From Nanobdellati archaeon (GTDB lineage: Archaea > B1Sed10-29 > JAGVWA01): a stretch of DNA of 64,000 nt. The DNA lies in contig JAGVWA010000002.1 in NCBI GenBank assembly GCA_018304505.1, forward strand, positions 16,567 through 80,566, given 5' to 3'. The position numbers and the translations under genes were made by a program. This document shows, piece after piece, positions 55,992 through 64,000 of this stretch. Position 1 is the first letter of the stretch, and every line of letters begins with the position of its first letter. The notes under the pieces are model-generated. The model made no database searches and had not been told where the DNA came from. It saw only the letters and a list, made by a program, of their open reading frames with translations.

Positions 55992-57194
55992 ATGCAAAAG
56001 GGCCAGGGTTCACTTGAGTACCTGTTTATCATCGCAGGCGTCCTCGCTGTCGCGTCCTTAGTTGTGCTTTTCTTGGCAAGCAGCGCAGCCCAGAGCGCGG
56101 AACAGCAGATAATAAGCGCGTGTGTCGGCGCGGCTGCTGAGTGCCAAACCCTTAGATTGGGAAACAAAAACCTTGAATGCCCCAATTTGTGCAGCAGGGC
56201 GTGCAGCGACCCGCGCAATGGCCTCGACTTAAAGACAAAGCAGAAGATCTATGACCCGGACACGCAGAAGCTCATCATCTGCCCGCCAGGTTCCGCGTGC
56301 GGGTCATGCAAGGTCGGCAGCATACAACACGTTACACAACAGGAGGCGGTGCGTTTAAGCCAAGACCTGCTGCTGAAAGTCAACGAGCCGGTGGTGCTGG
56401 ACAACGGTTATACTTTACTGTTCACGCTTGAACCATACCCAAGTGATTCAGCACTAACGTTGTTCGCGTTCACGCTAACGGATCTGCAAGGAACCAAACA
56501 TAAGCAAGGCTTCCCAGTAGAGACTGACGACACGCTGATTGAACTGAACCAGAAGCGCATTATTCAGCAGGCTGCGGTGCTGTTTGATACAGTCTCCCCA
56601 GTGCTTGCCATGAATTTTGACGCCATCGCGACGCAGCAGAACAAGCTGATACTGATCGGCATGATCACAGATTCAGTAACAGGGGATGTACTGAGGCTGC
56701 CTAAGCCGACATTGTATCTGAGCCCGTTTGACTGGTCAAAAATTGAGGGGGCATGCTTTGGCGAAGACACGCGGAATTGTGGTACTACAATGGATTCCAT
56801 GGTTGGCAAGGTAGCACAGTTTAGCCCGTATCTTTACTTCACGGCGACACAAGCTACGCATCCCGAAACAGGCATCAGCGGCACAAGGTATGACTTCAGC
56901 ATGTTTCTCTCAAGTACGCTTCTTGATCTCTGTATTGAAAGTGGTGATAGGACTAAATACCCTGATGGGGTGGCGCTTGTGAAGGATTATAAAAATCTCA
57001 ACGACCTTCAAAAGGGGTGCATTGATTTCTATATTTCAGAAAATGGAAACCCGTTTGCTGCAGAGTTATTTGGGCAGGGCACATTCGGGCCCGCAAAATC
57101 ATACCTAGGCGCAACTGTTGCCATCTCAAGCTATCGGGTACGGATCGTTGACATCAAGGGAACGCGGCTTGGCCTGGCGCCAGTGTTCCAGTGA
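55992..57194 (+). CDS. type IV pilin-like protein with class III signal peptide and a large C-terminal domain
   Basis: MQKG|QGSLEYLFIIAGVLAVASLVVLFL, then CPNLCSRACSDPRNGLD. About 400 aa. The track start 55974 is GTG; the ATG at 55992 gives a short leader. Confidence 0.7.
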   Translation: MQKGQGSLEYLFIIAGVLAVASLVVLFLASSAAQSAEQQIISACVGAAAECQTLRLGNKNLECPNLCSRACSDPRNGLDLKTKQKIYDPDTQKLIICPPGSACGSCKVGSIQHVTQQEAVRLSQDLLLKVNEPVVLDNGYTLLFTLEPYPSDSALTLFAFTLTDLQGTKHKQGFPVETDDTLIELNQKRIIQQAAVLFDTVSPVLAMNFDAIATQQNKLILIGMITDSVTGDVLRLPKPTLYLSPFDWSKIEGACFGEDTRNCGTTMDSMVGKVAQFSPYLYFTATQATHPETGISGTRYDFSMFLSSTLLDLCIESGDRTKYPDGVALVKDYKNLNDLQKGCIDFYISENGNPFAAELFGQGTFGPAKSYLGATVAISSYRVRIVDIKGTRLGLAPVFQ

Positions 57195-57422
57195 AATAAA
57201 CCCGTGCTGGTTTAAACTGGTTAACTTCACAAAATCGTTATAAGGAAACCGTGTGCTGGCCGTGACTGCGTTGCCAATAACTCCCATTATCTATAATAGT
57301 GAACGCAAAGTATTTAATGATTTTGTAAACTAGGTATAGTTAAAACCGAGCAATGGAATAAACGGGTTTAAACCCGCGGCTGTTGCAAAATCAATATATA
57401 ATTCGTATGCTATAAAAAGCGT

Positions 57423-58022
57423 GTGTTTCTCAACATCGCGGTGTTCATGCTGCTCGCGCTCGCGGCACTGAACGACATAAAGACAAGGATAATTCCGCCA
57501 TTGTTTTCGCATGTCTTGATAGCAATTGGCATCGTTAGCGTGTTCTTTGAATTCTCGCCAGTAAAAATGCTTCTGCCGATAGTGTTTTATGCTCTCTACA
57601 AGGTTGGTGCGATGGGGGGTGGCGATGCCAAGGTCTTAATGGGCTTAGGCATGCTGTTTTCCCAGCAAGTGCTTGTGATCTTGGGCATCGCGGTGCTCTT
57701 GTCAGGCGGGTTTCTGTTGGCCAGCGCAACGCCTCTCCGGGCTGTTGTGGAGTATGTCATGTCATCACTGCGGAGATTCAGAGGCTCAAAATTATCCCTG
57801 ATGATTGCGCTTTTCATTCTGCGCGAAAACACCATGGCATCGTTGTGGGCGTTTTTAGGCTTCTTTGCGCTCTGGGTTGCTGCTGACGTGTTTTTTTCAT
57901 CAATCAGCAATGCGAGAAAAACACACAGGAAAACCAGCGTGCCGTTCATTCCCTTTGTGGCGATGTCCTTTGCCCTGTGGGCTTTACTGGCTGCATACAC
58001 GGAAATTTGTGTGCTTTGTTAA
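57423..58022 (+). CDS. prepilin/preflagellin peptidase (A24 family, PibD/FlaK-like)
   Basis: Polytopic. First catalytic-Asp context AALNDIKTR and second GGGDAKVL are the two Asp motifs of archaeal A24 peptidases. The GTG start at 57423 places the first Asp at position 18; an alternative ATG is at 57447. Confidence 0.75.
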   Translation: MFLNIAVFMLLALAALNDIKTRIIPPLFSHVLIAIGIVSVFFEFSPVKMLLPIVFYALYKVGAMGGGDAKVLMGLGMLFSQQVLVILGIAVLLSGGFLLASATPLRAVVEYVMSSLRRFRGSKLSLMIALFILRENTMASLWAFLGFFALWVAADVFFSSISNARKTHRKTSVPFIPFVAMSFALWALLAAYTEICVLC

Positions 58023-58174
58023 GCGTAGCGTACAAAAGTATTTTGTTAAGTTTGTTTTACAATATGCATGCATTTCGTAAAGTTTACTTTACAATATGCC
58101 AATGCGACGCCAAATGGGGGCGCTATCGAGGCTGCATGAAGCTTTAAATATGTGCGTTTGTTATCCATAGGTAT

Positions 58175-61100
58175 ATGACGGCCGTACGAAACATCAATGA
58201 GTCGCGTGGACAGTTGTCACTTGAAGTTCTTGTTATTCTAGCTGTCGGCCTAGTGTCAGCGGCCCTCGTCGGCGTGTTCGCGTCAAACTTAATCAGCATC
58301 AGCGAGGGCATCGAGGCCCAGACCGAGGCCTTTGGGGGCGTCGTAGCCGAGACACTGGAGCAGCCAGAGTTCGAGCGGGCACAGCAGTTTCTCCCTGACT
58401 TGACGATTACGGAAAACATCCGGTTTGTTTCGGCAGCGGAAACAGCTGCCGCAGCCGCAGAAAGTGGGGTCATTGGCAGTGCACTTGTTGAAGTAGGGGA
58501 AATAAAAGCCAGTGAGTCGGCAACACTAACACTGACACAAGATCAGGCAACGCAGACAGGCATCAGCGAAATCACAATCAGTGCAGCAAATCAAATCCCG
58601 GACAGGTCACAGGTTACCGTGCAAAAGTTCTCAGACAAACCGGCAACGCTCGCAATCGCGCCGCTGGCTGTGCAAGAAGACGCTGCAATACCCGTGTATG
58701 CGTACCTCGAAATCACAGCAGTGGGCTTCACAAACAATGATGTTGAAGAGGCCACCATCAAGTTCCAAGTAGAAAAAGCGTGGCTCACAGAGAACGGTTT
58801 GTCTGACGCCCAAATCGTGCTGAGCAGGTTCTCTGGTGATGCATGGGCTGAACTGCCGACAACAGTTGTTACTCCAGACGACACTCAGGACGATACGTAT
58901 GTATATTATAGTGCGGTCTCTCCTGGCTTCAGCACCTTCGCGATCACGCCACAGGCGCCAGTACGTCCATCGTCAGTAGTCCCGGTTGCGTTGTGGCAGT
59001 TTAACGGCAACAGCCGTGCTGACTCTACAGGCCAGGCTGGCCAGGTCATTGGCGGGAATCTTGTGTCTGGGCGTTTTGCTGGTGGCCTTGAGTTAACTTC
59101 AGGTAGTGCGACCTTGAATTCAGACTGGTTTTCATCAAGTGGTAGTATAGAGCTTTGGTTTAAGCCTTCGTTGGAATACTCGCCGAGTAGTCCTGCATCT
59201 CAGAGAGCCTATCTTTTTAGTGGTTTTGAAGAGTCTCCTGTTGCCTGGATCCGTGAAGTTAACAATAATCCGGGTGTGTTGTCTGTGTGCATCAAAAACA
59301 CAGCTGGCCAGAATGCATGTGTGAATTCACAGACAAAAGCATGGCTTAAAGGCAGGTGGTATCATCTGGCGGTCACTTGGGAAGGTATTGGTACCACGGG
59401 GATTTTAAAGGTATACGTGAATGGCGTGCTTGAATCTGAGAATCGAAATGCTGGCGTGCCTAAAGCGGGCAGTGTACCTAATAATAAATGGCAATTGGGC
59501 AGAGGCTATGGCGAAACAAAGCCAATAAAGGCTGTGTTTGACGAAGTCGGCATTTACAATGTCGTGAAAAGCACCACTGAGATAGCGGAAGACGCGGCTG
59601 CACACGTGGAGTATGTTTATGTTGCTCCGAGCCTTCCACTTTTAAACGCCGCGCCTGAGCGGGATTTACAAAACCCAGAAATCGAGTTTGCCACGATTCA
59701 GGGAAGCAACGTCTACCTATCCCCCGCAGCTTCCTTCATAAGCACGCCGACACTGCCATCGATTTCAGAATTCACTGATGTAGATCATTTGTTGTCTACG
59801 CAGCTCGGTATCTTCAATTCTTTGACGAAGTTCTATGTTGCTAAATACACAACAGTACAGGGGTTCAAGAGAATCGAGGGATATTACAAGGTGCCGGATT
59901 CAACAGCATCATATCCTTTGTACATTGACCTCAATGGAGACGACTTGGCAGACTATTGGTTTTCGAGGAGCGGAATCGCAAATTGGTATAATAGGTACTG
60001 TGCAAGGACAGACAGGACAGGCTCCTGGCTGTATGGTAGCTCGGCAGGGCTTAAGACCGAACACAATTGTGAACAAGGTAGCGTAGTGACTAATATGGCT
60101 GATAACTATGCTTTTAAATTCCACATAACAACGCGTGACGAGATAAGGGTATCAACAGGGCTGGCAGGCACAGATCCGCTGAAAGACAAAATGACGAATG
60201 CAGTGACGCTGTCTATTCAAGCGCCGCCAACAGCAGGGGAGGTTGCAGAACCTATGCCCTCGAAGCCTGTCGACACCTGCGTTGCAAGTACACTTTCAAC
60301 TATTGCCCCGAATGAGATTAAGGAAAGGGCAGTATTAACACTTGATGGCAGCAAGGATGACTTTGATTGCGCTGACAGGTATAGTTTACAGGGTGATGCC
60401 GATGCACAAAGAAAAATCTACGTTGCTAGGGCAGCTAACACTCGCAAGACCCACGTGCACTTTGACGCGGACATTAATGAACTAAACAACTTTGTGTTGG
60501 CACACGCGTACATTGACATTGACAATGACAACACTGCAGACATTGATATGATGAAGCAATTCTCAAGGTCGCAGGTAACTTCTGGCGGGCAGACAAGCAC
60601 AACAGAACGCACCCTGTACTCAATCAGCTGCTTTAATGCCCGGGCAACTACAAAATGGGAGGTTGGGAACTGCGCAGACCGGGGAGTACAACATACCCAA
60701 ACGGGCGTCAGTTCAGACAAGCCCATAGAAGCCAGTTTCGAACCCAGGTTTCCTTCAATAAAAATAGCTACACAAGAACCGTCAAACATTCAAAGCCCGA
60801 TTCTCAGGGGCACGGTTTATGAATTCTTAACTGGCGTACGAGCTGTTGTAGAGCAGGTGGTTTCAAGGGACATTGTTTCTGCTTCAGCCACCCTGAATTT
60901 GCTGACCACGCTTAACGCGCCGAAGGACTTTAAACTCACCACCCCAATTGCAGGCTTCACTGCAACGTCAGTAAAATCAATAAGCATATCGTCAAGCAAA
61001 CAGTTGTCTCCAGGAAGCATAACCATAGAAAAATTATCCCGCATGCCGGCTGGCCTAACAGACCCCGGGCTAGACAACATCTTTACCAGGCTGTCGATCA

Positions 61101-64000
61101 CTAGCCAGGGCTTTTACATTGCAGACGTTACCCAGGCGACGCTTGAATTCGACATACCCAAGACTTGGCTACAAGCTAATATACCGAGGACTTGGCTACA
61201 AGCTAATAATGCAGGGTCACAAGCCATTTCTGTTTATCGGTATGAGGTAGATAAGTGGACAGAATACAAAGCTGAATTGGTTTCACAAGACATAGCAACA
61301 GCGTCCTTCAAAGCTGTGTTGCCCGGCTTATCAGTGCTCGTCATTGGGGAACGCACAGTACCAACAGCACCTGCAGCTCCAACAGAAGCAGAACCTGCAG
61401 CAGAGGAGCCTGAAGTGCCAGCAGTTACAGCACCTGCAGTAGGCACAGCAGTATCAGCAACGCCGCGCGGTGAACCCATTTCAGGGAACCTTGAATTCGA
61501 TGTGTACAACATCGGCAGGGTTGATTATCCGCCAACGCGGCTGCCAGTGTTAGCAGCTTCTTCCAAGCCCCGGGTTTTGCAATACCCCCAAATCGGTTTC
61601 CAAACCCCTGCGCAAACAACTCCAGAGCTTACTGTAAGCGACTACACCAAAATCCAGGATGCCTTGGCGCTGGAGCAAAACACATTTTCAGAGCAAGAAC
61701 TCATTATTGCCGCGCAGTACGCGAAGCAAAAATGCACCGAAACAGGGGCCCTTGGACCGAGCGTATCAGTAATCAATACGCCATTCACCAACCTTAACGA
61801 CTTGGCAGGTCCAAGAAACGGTGAGGCTAGCTGGTACATAACCAATACAGGCAGCACTGCTGCTACAGGCGTGCAGATAAAAATCGACGTTAGGGTATTC
61901 TTTGATGGAGGCAGGACCTTTACAGCAATAGAAAAGAGGGACGTCCCTGCAGGGCAAACCATTGTCATAAACCTTGCGGATCCATCAATATTATATAGGA
62001 TAACTCCAAGCGGCTCCCCAGTTCGGTGGAGTGATATGTTAACAACCCTCAGGGGAATAGACACTGTTACTATGACAGCCACAGTAGCAAATGACCCGAA
62101 CCAAAATGACAACAGGGGCACAGCGAAACTAACCTCAACGTCACCCTACACCTGGCAACTAACCTCGCCAGACTTCAACACTCAGGTGGCTTCGACAGTG
62201 CAAGTTGATTACTGTCGGTACCAGCCGCTGTTGCTCGTTGCAATTTTAAAAAGCCCTGACCAATACGGCTTTAACTTAGAATCTTTCCTGCAGCAGCGCG
62301 TGGCAGAGCAACTCATAACGCAGGCAGAAATCGTTGTGCCCGGCCGTGGAGCCCTTGTAGACGCCTCACTGTACACCGCAGAGTGCTACGCAGAGCTGCC
62401 GTTGTTGACAGAAGAAGGAGGGGCAGAAACAACAGACGAAGGGCAAGCGCAGTCCAGTGCGGTTTGCCAGGGCCAGCCAATAGCGTCAGTGCGTGTTCCT
62501 TCGACACAAGCAGGCACGTTCAACACGTTGAGAATGCAGAACCTCGAGCTATATACAGGGCAGGACTACGTGCTTGTTGTGGACCCCCAAGATGGTTTGG
62601 TTGAGTCAAGGGAAGACAACAACGCCATTCGATTTAAAGGCGCAGACCTTGTGGCGCTAAGACCTGTCGAGGCGCCATTAATTAGCCTGCCGCGGGAAAT
62701 AATCGACATACTTCTGCCGCCGACAGCAGGCGCAGTAGGCGACGTCACGGTAGGCAGCTTCGACACAGCAACATCGTATCAACTCAACGACCCCTTCGGC
62801 GGCGCGTACTCGATTGCCTCGCTGGATGCGAAAATCGCGTCGTTGCAGGGTGTTCTGTTGCGCACTGAGGACTTATCCTTTACCCGTGCTGCAGGGGAGA
62901 ACATCCAGGATCTTGTATTTCAGGATAATATGCTATCCATGCCCGTCAAGCCATCAGCGCTGCCCCAGGGAATTGACACCACATCTTTTTTCTATGTTAA
63001 CTCAGCATGGCAGCGGGACAGCTATGGATTGCAGTTTATAGACAAGTCACAGCAAGGCGTTTCTGACGGGCTGAGTAAAATAGATTACTCAGGGCTCGGA
63101 ATACAGGATATACATTTCAGTGACCCGAATAACGGCGTGATTGGGGGGTTGATTATATCAGGTGGAAATACATATGCAATGCTTGCAATTACTGAAACAG
63201 GTGGTGACGATTGGGTAATTTACTTGGTCCGTGAAGCGGCAACACATACGGTTCTTGTAGGTCACAGTTTAGGCAAGCCAGTTGCCTTGCTTTCAGACAG
63301 CCGCCTAGTCTACATTGAGGACGGCAAGGTCAAGAAATCAATAGACTTGGCAAATCTCGGCGGCGGATTTGACATGATGGCCACATCGAGCACGGATGTA
63401 TATCTTGGGGAAAAAGCCACAGGCAAGGTTTACAAAATCAGCGCGCTTGACGCAACGCAGGCAAAACTTGATTATCAAGCAGTGCAGTCAAATGCAGAAT
63501 CGCTAGCTGGATTGGCGGGAGCGCGTGGGCTGTTCGCAAGTGATGATCGTGACATTGGTTATCCTATAATAGAGTTCCAATTTCCTTCTCTGTCAACAGG
63601 AAGACGCATTGTTGACACCAGCGCTCAACAAACCACCACGCTAGGCGCGCAGCGCACACTTGTCGCGAACTCAAAGAAGCGCGACAACGCGATCCTCGTT
63701 TTGAACAACGTGAAATCAACAGGCGGAACGCGAATTACGGGCTACACAGTTCGATTGAAGGACTCTACCAAGATCCTCGCCTCGGGCCTCGCGTTGCAGC
63801 CCTCGATTTCGCAATTACTAATATCACTGCCATTGCAGGCCGTCGAATTCAACAGCCAGGGTATTACTGATCAGCCCTTGCAGATCACGTTCCAGCAGGA
63901 GAACGGCGCAACCACAACCATTGATGGGCCGAAGGTGTACGACATCGCTAAGGACACAAGGTCCAAGGCTGCCCTGGATTTGCTTGAGCGCGACATTAGC
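58175..64000 (+). CDS. giant (>1940 aa, 3'-partial) pilin-like surface protein with class III signal peptide and a LamG/concanavalin-A-like jelly-roll domain
   Basis: ATG at 58175, then MTAVRNINESRG|QLSLEVLVILAVGLVSAALVGVFA (Q+1, S+3, E+5 pilin motif). LamG-type motifs SDWFSSSGSIELWFKPS...YLFSG...WYHLAVTWEG...LKVYVNGVL. Frame 2 was read by hand with no stop through position 64000. The track lists only short artefactual ORFs in the other frames. Confidence 0.65.
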   Translation, partial: MTAVRNINESRGQLSLEVLVILAVGLVSAALVGVFASNLISISEGIEAQTEAFGGVVAETLEQPEFERAQQFLPDLTITENIRFVSAAETAAAAAESGVIGSALVEVGEIKASESATLTLTQDQATQTGISEITISAANQIPDRSQVTVQKFSDKPATLAIAPLAVQEDAAIPVYAYLEITAVGFTNNDVEEATIKFQVEKAWLTENGLSDAQIVLSRFSGDAWAELPTTVVTPDDTQDDTYVYYSAVSPGFSTFAITPQAPVRPSSVVPVALWQFNGNSRADSTGQAGQVIGGNLVSGRFAGGLELTSGSATLNSDWFSSSGSIELWFKPSLEYSPSSPASQRAYLFSGFEESPVAWIREVNNNPGVLSVCIKNTAGQNACVNSQTKAWLKGRWYHLAVTWEGIGTTGILKVYVNGVLESENRNAGVPKAGSVPNNKWQLGRGYGETKPIKAVFDEVGIYNVVKSTTEIAEDAAAHVEYVYVAPSLPLLNAAPERDLQNPEIEFATIQGSNVYLSPAASFISTPTLPSISEFTDVDHLLSTQLGIFNSLTKFYVAKYTTVQGFKRIEGYYKVPDSTASYPLYIDLNGDDLADYWFSRSGIANWYNRYCARTDRTGSWLYGSSAGLKTEHNCEQGSVVTNMADNYAFKFHITTRDEIRVSTGLAGTDPLKDKMTNAVTLSIQAPPTAGEVAEPMPSKPVDTCVASTLSTIAPNEIKERAVLTLDGSKDDFDCADRYSLQGDADAQRKIYVARAANTRKTHVHFDADINELNNFVLAHAYIDIDNDNTADIDMMKQFSRSQVTSGGQTSTTERTLYSISCFNARATTKWEVGNCADRGVQHTQTGVSSDKPIEASFEPRFPSIKIATQEPSNIQSPILRGTVYEFLTGVRAVVEQVVSRDIVSASATLNLLTTLNAPKDFKLTTPIAGFTATSVKSISISSSKQLSPGSITIEKLSRMPAGLTDPGLDNIFTRLSITSQGFYIADVTQATLEFDIPKTWLQANIPRTWLQANNAGSQAISVYRYEVDKWTEYKAELVSQDIATASFKAVLPGLSVLVIGERTVPTAPAAPTEAEPAAEEPEVPAVTAPAVGTAVSATPRGEPISGNLEFDVYNIGRVDYPPTRLPVLAASSKPRVLQYPQIGFQTPAQTTPELTVSDYTKIQDALALEQNTFSEQELIIAAQYAKQKCTETGALGPSVSVINTPFTNLNDLAGPRNGEASWYITNTGSTAATGVQIKIDVRVFFDGGRTFTAIEKRDVPAGQTIVINLADPSILYRITPSGSPVRWSDMLTTLRGIDTVTMTATVANDPNQNDNRGTAKLTSTSPYTWQLTSPDFNTQVASTVQVDYCRYQPLLLVAILKSPDQYGFNLESFLQQRVAEQLITQAEIVVPGRGALVDASLYTAECYAELPLLTEEGGAETTDEGQAQSSAVCQGQPIASVRVPSTQAGTFNTLRMQNLELYTGQDYVLVVDPQDGLVESREDNNAIRFKGADLVALRPVEAPLISLPREIIDILLPPTAGAVGDVTVGSFDTATSYQLNDPFGGAYSIASLDAKIASLQGVLLRTEDLSFTRAAGENIQDLVFQDNMLSMPVKPSALPQGIDTTSFFYVNSAWQRDSYGLQFIDKSQQGVSDGLSKIDYSGLGIQDIHFSDPNNGVIGGLIISGGNTYAMLAITETGGDDWVIYLVREAATHTVLVGHSLGKPVALLSDSRLVYIEDGKVKKSIDLANLGGGFDMMATSSTDVYLGEKATGKVYKISALDATQAKLDYQAVQSNAESLAGLAGARGLFASDDRDIGYPIIEFQFPSLSTGRRIVDTSAQQTTTLGAQRTLVANSKKRDNAILVLNNVKSTGGTRITGYTVRLKDSTKILASGLALQPSISQLLISLPLQAVEFNSQGITDQPLQITFQQENGATTTIDGPKVYDIAKDTRSKAALDLLERDIS

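Noticed and set aside
58144-64000. Numerous short ORFs listed by the track on both strands between 58.1 and 63.0 kb.
   Set aside because: A single uninterrupted frame-2 plus-strand reading frame, translated by hand from the ATG at 58175 to the window end, covers the region. It encodes a coherent LamG-containing protein. The short ORFs are overlapping or antisense artefacts.
1-64000. Search for a reverse transcriptase / diversity-generating retroelement acting on the variable paralog family, and for integrases or transposases.
   Set aside because: No ORF shows RT motifs (YxDD with upstream boxes), a tyrosine/serine recombinase or a DDE signature. The variable N-termini of the paralogs are not accompanied by a template repeat.

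Overview
This window is an archaeal chromosome segment of about 50% GC.

Archaeal markers:
- a family B DNA polymerase
- GatD/GatE
- a class I CCA-adding enzyme
- Elp3
- a ThrRS with the archaeal N-terminal editing domain
- NcsA plus a SAMP-like protein
- Lrp/AsnC
- several pilins with archaeal class III signal peptides

The short PolB, the many lineage-specific secreted/membrane proteins and the giant surface proteins suggest a small-genome (DPANN-like) archaeon. That placement is inference only.

Housekeeping genes are mostly tRNA-modification and translation factors:
- Trm5/Taw2-like, Trm11-like, CCA, ThpR/LigT, Elp3, GatD, GatE, NcsA, SAMP, ThrRS
- MetAP2
- one tRNA-Arg(UCG)

Accessory content is unusually rich:
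1. A 53-bp direct-repeat-bracketed AAA ATPase cassette (3.5-5.0 kb).
2. An operon-like array of tiny 2-3 TM proteins sharing a 'KPxx...YPEK' tail motif (5-8.7 kb).
3. A locus at 15.2-23 kb with eight paralogous secreted proteins that share a previously unrecognised conserved C-terminal module. They are interleaved with a class-III-signal pilin, a membrane zinc metalloprotease with a long Pro/Thr/Glu repeat, and a co-transcribed secreted partner.
4. Two FlaI/PilB-like ATPases.
5. A complete archaeal type IV pilus locus at 51-64 kb: ATPase, a split TadC/FlaJ-like platform, two Cys-rich pilins, an A24 prepilin peptidase, and a giant (>1900 aa, running off the window) protein with a pilin-like class III signal and a LamG/ConA-like domain.
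6. A truncated NrdD-like protein.
7. A structured hairpin array after the tRNA.
8. A 27-bp tandem repeat that duplicates a gene 3' end including its stop codon.

No rRNA, CRISPR array, integrase/transposase or reverse transcriptase was recognised.

The ORF track uses GTG as a start. Several starts were moved to the first plausible ATG and are flagged as such.
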